Source: Cupriavidus necator | GTDB taxonomy: Bacteria > Pseudomonadota > Gammaproteobacteria > Burkholderiales > Burkholderiaceae | Length of the DNA: 32,000 nucleotides | Assembly: GCF_016127575.1 (NCBI RefSeq) | Contig: NZ_CP066018.1 | Span: 3,930,001 to 3,962,000 of the forward strand | Direction of reading: 5' to 3' | In this document: positions 28,311-32,000 of the stretch, piece by piece | How the letters are laid out: each line of letters begins with the position of its first letter | How positions within the stretch are numbered: the stretch's first letter is position 1 | Notes under the pieces: model-generated | What the model was told of the DNA's origin: nothing | Seen by the model: the letters and a program-made list of their open reading frames with translations, nothing else | The model's database searches: none | Program-made: the position numbers and the translations under genes

Positions 28311-30284
28311 CTATCCCGTGTGCCCGTGACGCAGCGCGCGCAGCAGCAGGCGTGCCGGATCCATCGCATCGGCCAGGTCCGACTCCAGCGGCAGCGGCTC
28401 GCCCTCGATCTGGCTGGCCAGCAGTTCCGCGCCCAGCGCTGCCCAGGTGAGGCCGCGCGAGCCATATGCAAGGGCGGCGTAGAGCCCGGGCATGCGCGGC
28501 AGGTCCCGCAAGTGCGCGCCGCGCAGCGATGCGGCCTGCGCCAGCGCGGCGGCCTCGTCAGGCACCTGGCCGACCAGCGGCAGCCGGTTGTGCGTGACCG
28601 TGCGCACGCCGACATAGCCGGAGAGCGTCGCGGGATCGATGGCGGCCACGGCATCGGCCTGGCGCGGCAGCATGCCGGACAGGCGCGCCAGGTTGGCCGC
28701 GTGGACCGCCGGCTGCTCCACCAGCGGGCCCTCGTCGGCGTCGTAGCTGGAGCCGACCCGGCCAGCGCCGTCCGCGGTGCGCGGCAGCAGGTAGCCGGCA
28801 CCAGTCACCACGCAATCCGGCCAGCCGCCGAGCGCATCCACCTGCGCGGATGCCAGCGTGGTCAGCTGCCCGCGCACGCGCCGCATGGTCCAGTGCTGCT
28901 GCGGCAGCAGTTGCTGCGCCTCATGCGCGTTGGCCAGTACCAGCACCGGCGCCGATGCCAGCACTTCGCCGTCCTGCCCGAGCGCCTGCCATTGCCCGTC
29001 GACGCGCGCGATTGCAGCAACCCGGCAGCCGAAACGTGCCGTCACCGCAGCGCCCGCTTGCGCCAGCTGCGCCGAGCAGATGTCAGGCGGCGCCACCCAG
29101 CCGCCTTGCGGGAACCACAGGCCGCCACGCGGCACGCCGGCATGGTGGGCCGCTGCCGCCTCTTCAGCGCTCATCCAGCGCACGAACCCTTCCGGCAAGC
29201 GCATCGCCGCCAGCGCGGCGCGCTGGGCCTCGCCCTCGGCTTCGTCCTCGCCGATCTGCAGCACGCCGCAGCCATGCCAGCCGACCGCATGGCCGGCCTC
29301 GGCCAACTCCGCCCAGGCACGCAGCGCGTACTGGTTGCCGGTGCGCGACAGCCGCGACAGCAGGCTGTCGTCGGCGGACAAATGTGCGTGCATGGCCGCC
29401 GCGCGATGCGCCGAGGTCTGCCGCGCCGGCCCGTCGTGGCCATCGAACAGTGTCACGCGCCAGCCGCGCGCGGCCAGCCGTTCGGTCACGGCGCAGCCGG
29501 CCAGGCCGGCGCCGATCACGATGGCATGGCGCTCGGCCCATTGGGCCGGCAGTGGCGGCGCATGGCGGCGCGCTTTCCATTGCGGGCGGAAGCTCGCGAC
29601 GGTCATTTGCCACTTGCCGCCAAAGCCGGGCGCCCTGCTGACTTCGAAACCGACCTCCTTGAGCCCGCGCCGCACAAAGCCCGCGGCCGCCCACGTGGCC
29701 AGCCTGGCGCCTGGCCGGGCCAGCCGCGCCAGGCCGCGGAACACTTGCGGCGACCACATCTCCGTATTGCGCGCCGGCGCGAAACCGTCCAGGTAAAAGG
29801 CATCCGCGCCGGCCGCCAGCCGCGGCAGCATCTGCTCGATATCGCCCAGTGCCAGCGTCAGCACCACGCGCCCGCCGTCGAAGGCCAGGCGGTGCAGGCC
29901 CGGCAGCGCCAGCGGCCATTGCGCCTGCAGCGCCTGCGCCAGCGGCTGCAGCCCGTCCAGCCCGGCGTGCAACTGCGCCAGCCCTTCGCGGGTGAACGGG
30001 TGCTTTTCGATCGAGACGAAATGCAGCGTGCCGCAGCGCTGGGGATCAGCGCGCCACGCCTGCCAGGTAGCCAGGAAATTCAGCCCCAGGCCGAAGCCGG
30101 TCTCGACGATGACGAACTGGCGCTGACCGGCCCACGCCTGCGGCAGGCCGTTGCCACCCAGGAAGACATGGGCGGCCTGCGCCAGCCCGCCTTCGGTGCT
30201 GTGGTAGACGTCGTCGTAGCGGGGCGAATACGGGATGCCTTCGGCAGAAAGGATCGGCTCGGCGGGCTCTAGTGCGCGCGGCAT
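28311..30284 (-). CDS. mnmC: Bifunctional tRNA (mnm5s2U34) methyltransferase / FAD-dependent cmnm5s2U34 oxidoreductase MnmC
   Basis: N-terminal DUF752/SAM-MTase part ([31 protein letters not shown]) and C-terminal DAO-type FAD domain ([11 protein letters not shown]). The track ORF is artificially extended to 31166. Confidence 0.88.
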   Translation of the reverse strand: MPRALEPAEPILSAEGIPYSPRYDDVYHSTEGGLAQAAHVFLGGNGLPQAWAGQRQFVIVETGFGLGLNFLATWQAWRADPQRCGTLHFVSIEKHPFTREGLAQLHAGLDGLQPLAQALQAQWPLALPGLHRLAFDGGRVVLTLALGDIEQMLPRLAAGADAFYLDGFAPARNTEMWSPQVFRGLARLARPGARLATWAAAGFVRRGLKEVGFEVSRAPGFGGKWQMTVASFRPQWKARRHAPPLPAQWAERHAIVIGAGLAGCAVTERLAARGWRVTLFDGHDGPARQTSAHRAAAMHAHLSADDSLLSRLSRTGNQYALRAWAELAEAGHAVGWHGCGVLQIGEDEAEGEAQRAALAAMRLPEGFVRWMSAEEAAAAHHAGVPRGGLWFPQGGWVAPPDICSAQLAQAGAAVTARFGCRVAAIARVDGQWQALGQDGEVLASAPVLVLANAHEAQQLLPQQHWTMRRVRGQLTTLASAQVDALGGWPDCVVTGAGYLLPRTADGAGRVGSSYDADEGPLVEQPAVHAANLARLSGMLPRQADAVAAIDPATLSGYVGVRTVTHNRLPLVGQVPDEAAALAQAASLRGAHLRDLPRMPGLYAALAYGSRGLTWAALGAELLASQIEGEPLPLESDLADAMDPARLLLRALRHGHTG

Positions 30285-30440
30285 GGGACAGGAAATTCGG
30301 CGAAAAGCAAAATGCCCGGGCGGATTCGCCGGGGCGTGGGAGCGGGCTTGGTAATTCGCGCCGGATGGTAGCATAGCGGCCTTCCCGCAGACCGCATCGC
30401 CCTGCCCCTTGATTTGCGCCGTCCAGGCGCCCCGCTCCAC

Positions 30441-31298
30441 ATGCTCAGCTACCGTCACGCCTTCCACGCCGGCAACCATGCCGATGTCCTCAAACACGCC
30501 GTCGTGGTGCAACTGCTTGAGCACCTGGCGCAGAAGGACAAGGCGTTCTGGTATATCGACACCCATGCCGGTGCCGGCCTTTACGCGCTGGATCACGCCT
30601 ACGCGCAGAAGAAGGCCGAATTCGAAACCGGGATCGCACCGCTGTGGCGTGCCGCCGCCAGCGGCACCCAGCTGCCGGCGATGCTGGACGAATACCTGGA
30701 CCAGGTGCGCGCGCTCAACCCGGACGGCAACCTGCGCCACTACCCCGGCTCGCCCTGGCTGGCCTGGCAGATGCTGCGCGAGCACGACCGGCTGCGGCTG
30801 TTCGAGCTGCACAGCACCGAGATCCAGGTGCTGCGCGACAACTTCCGCGGCGCCGGGCGCCGCGTCATGCTGTACGACGGCGACGGCTTCGGCGGCATCA
30901 AGGCCATCCTGCCTCCGCCGCCGCGCCGCGCGCTGGTGCTGGTCGACCCGTCCTACGAGGACAAGCAGGACTACGCCCGCACCGTGCAGACCATCCGCGA
31001 CGGGCTGGAGCGTTTTGCCACCGGCGTCTATGCGGTCTGGTACCCGCAGGTGCAGCGGCGCGAATCGGCGCAGCTGTCGGTGCAGCTCAAGGGCCTGCCG
31101 CTCAAAAGCTGGCTGCACGTGACCCTGACCGTCAGGCATCCGGTCGAGGGCGGCCTGGGCCTGCATGGCAGCGGCATGTTCATCGTCAATCCGCCGTGGC
31201 GGCTGAAGGAATCGCTGCAGCAGGCCATGCCGGTGCTGACCGACCTGCTCGGCCAGGACGATGGCGCAAGGTTCACGCTCGAAGCCGAGGAGAACTGA
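30441..31298 (+). CDS. rlmJ: 23S rRNA (adenine2030-N6)-methyltransferase RlmJ
   Basis: Characteristic N-terminus [19 protein letters not shown], plus YPGSP and LVDPSYE motifs. Confidence 0.88.
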   Translation: MLSYRHAFHAGNHADVLKHAVVVQLLEHLAQKDKAFWYIDTHAGAGLYALDHAYAQKKAEFETGIAPLWRAAASGTQLPAMLDEYLDQVRALNPDGNLRHYPGSPWLAWQMLREHDRLRLFELHSTEIQVLRDNFRGAGRRVMLYDGDGFGGIKAILPPPPRRALVLVDPSYEDKQDYARTVQTIRDGLERFATGVYAVWYPQVQRRESAQLSVQLKGLPLKSWLHVTLTVRHPVEGGLGLHGSGMFIVNPPWRLKESLQQAMPVLTDLLGQDDGARFTLEAEEN

Positions 31299-31647
31299 GG
31301 CGGCGCACCAGCCAGTCCAGCGCCATGCCCGCGGCCAGGCCGACGCTGTCGGCCAGCAGGTCGAGCCAGTCGGCCTCGCGGTAGCCGGTCTGCCCCTGCA
31401 GCAGTTCGATCAGCGCGCCGTACGCCACCAGCCCCAGCAAGACGGCCCAGCCACGGCCGCTGTAGGCGCGCCGGCCCAGCACGCCCAGCACCGCGAACGC
31501 CAGCATATGGTTGGCCTTGTCCCAGCCGGTGGTCGGCAGGGGCTGCGTCGGCGGCATCAGCGACAGCGCCAGCACCGCGGCCGCGCAGCCCCAGAACAGC
31601 AGGCGCCAGCGCAGCGGGGTCAGGGTCGGGACGGCAATCATCGGCAT
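31273..31647 (-). CDS. VanZ-family membrane protein
   Basis: Small four-TM protein with a VanZ-like DKANHMLAF motif and an acidic C-terminal helix ([11 protein letters not shown]). It overlaps the rlmJ 3' end by 26 nt, convergently. Confidence 0.65.
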   Translation of the reverse strand: MPMIAVPTLTPLRWRLLFWGCAAAVLALSLMPPTQPLPTTGWDKANHMLAFAVLGVLGRRAYSGRGWAVLLGLVAYGALIELLQGQTGYREADWLDLLADSVGLAAGMALDWLVRRLSSPRLRA

Positions 31648-31826
31648 GTGTGCGTCATCTGGAAAGCCGACAATATATCCCTGCCGCCTGCCGCAGGCAC
31701 CGGAGCCCCCGGCGGGGCTGGATTCCCCCCGCGCCTTGCGCTACAATCCGCAGCCTCGTTGCACTACAGGCGCAAGCCATGCCGACACCACGGTTCGGCG
31801 GCCAGAGCCGGCAGAGCGGACAGAAG

Positions 31827-31856
31827 AAAGGCGGGCAGTTCCAGCCGCCTTTTTTG
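31827..31856 (+). terminator. Orphan plus-strand intrinsic terminator-like hairpin upstream of tRNA-Leu
   Basis: AAAGGCGG (31827-31834) / CCGCCTTT (31846-31853), with the T-run continuing to 31855. No plus-strand gene lies upstream of it. Confidence 0.4.
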
Positions 31857-31920
31857 CTTTCCTGTCCGGCGCAAGCCAGCGAGCATCGCGGCCGCCCGCC
31901 CGGGCAGCGCCGCAAGGACC

Positions 31921-32000
31921 GCGAGGGTGGCGAAATTGGTAGACGCACCAGGTTTAGGTCCTGACGCCAGCAATGGTGTAGGGGTTCGAGTCCCCTCCCT
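31921..32000 (+). tRNA. tRNA-Leu (anticodon TAG), 3' end cut by the window edge
   Basis: GCGAGGGTGGCGAAATTGGTAGACGCACCAGGTTTAGGTCCTGACGCCAGCAATGGTGTAGGGGTTCGAGTCCCCTCCCT. It has a long variable arm, resembles E. coli leuW-type tRNA, and lacks the last acceptor bases. Confidence 0.9.

Noticed and set aside
26696-28450. 584-aa plus-strand ORF opposite tig
   Set aside because: It is an antisense shadow of trigger factor with low-complexity translation.
28122-30272. 716-aa plus-strand ORF opposite mnmC, and the 951-aa extended minus-strand ORF reaching 31166
   Set aside because: The plus-strand ORF is an antisense shadow. The minus-strand ORF is real only from ATG 30284 (MPRALEP..., the MnmC N-terminus). 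Its upstream extension is antisense to rlmJ and has no protein-like features.
31650-31964. 104-aa plus-strand ORF (and mirror minus-strand ORFs) in the VanZ to tRNA-Leu spacer
   Set aside because: It reads through a terminator-like hairpin and into the tRNA-Leu gene. The Arg/Gly/Pro-rich translation is not credible as a protein.

Overview
High-GC bacterial chromosome segment, about 65-70% GC by hand counts on a few 60-nt lines. The gene content (Bug-family binding protein, TRAP permease, tig-clpP-clpX-lon) fits a betaproteobacterium of the Burkholderiaceae, Cupriavidus/Ralstonia-like; this is an inference, not a database hit. The left third (1-9.9 kb) is housekeeping: a partial TRAP DctM permease, dadA-like dehydrogenase, nnr, an EamA/DMT transporter, pgi, a YbbA-like ABC ATPase divergent from a TesA-like SGNH esterase, and ppiD. 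The right third (21.5-32 kb) is also core: tRNA-Val, lon, clpX, clpP, tig, mnmC, rlmJ, a VanZ-like protein and a partial tRNA-Leu. The most interesting part lies between tRNA-Asp (9982-10058) and tRNA-Val (21530-21606). About 11.4 kb of accessory DNA there splits the otherwise conserved lon ... ppiD neighbourhood. This segment has a decayed copy of the tRNA-Val 3' portion at its far end (10111-10135), which looks like an att-type direct repeat, and no recognisable integrase. It is a mosaic of two parts. (a) A block with visibly lower GC3 (about 10.1-17.2 kb) encodes a LysR regulator, an AspC/TyrB-type aminotransferase, an aldehyde dehydrogenase, a TcuA/fumarate-reductase-like flavoprotein and an orphan Bug binding protein. 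(b) A host-like GC block (17.3-21.5 kb) encodes a 5'-truncated acyl-CoA ligase remnant, an SDR, and a tightly coupled DUF421 membrane protein - CinA/PncC-like amidohydrolase - poxvirus-like type IB topoisomerase operon. I saw no CRISPR array, transposase or rRNA. Many long ORFs in the track are antisense shadows typical of GC-rich DNA and were rejected.
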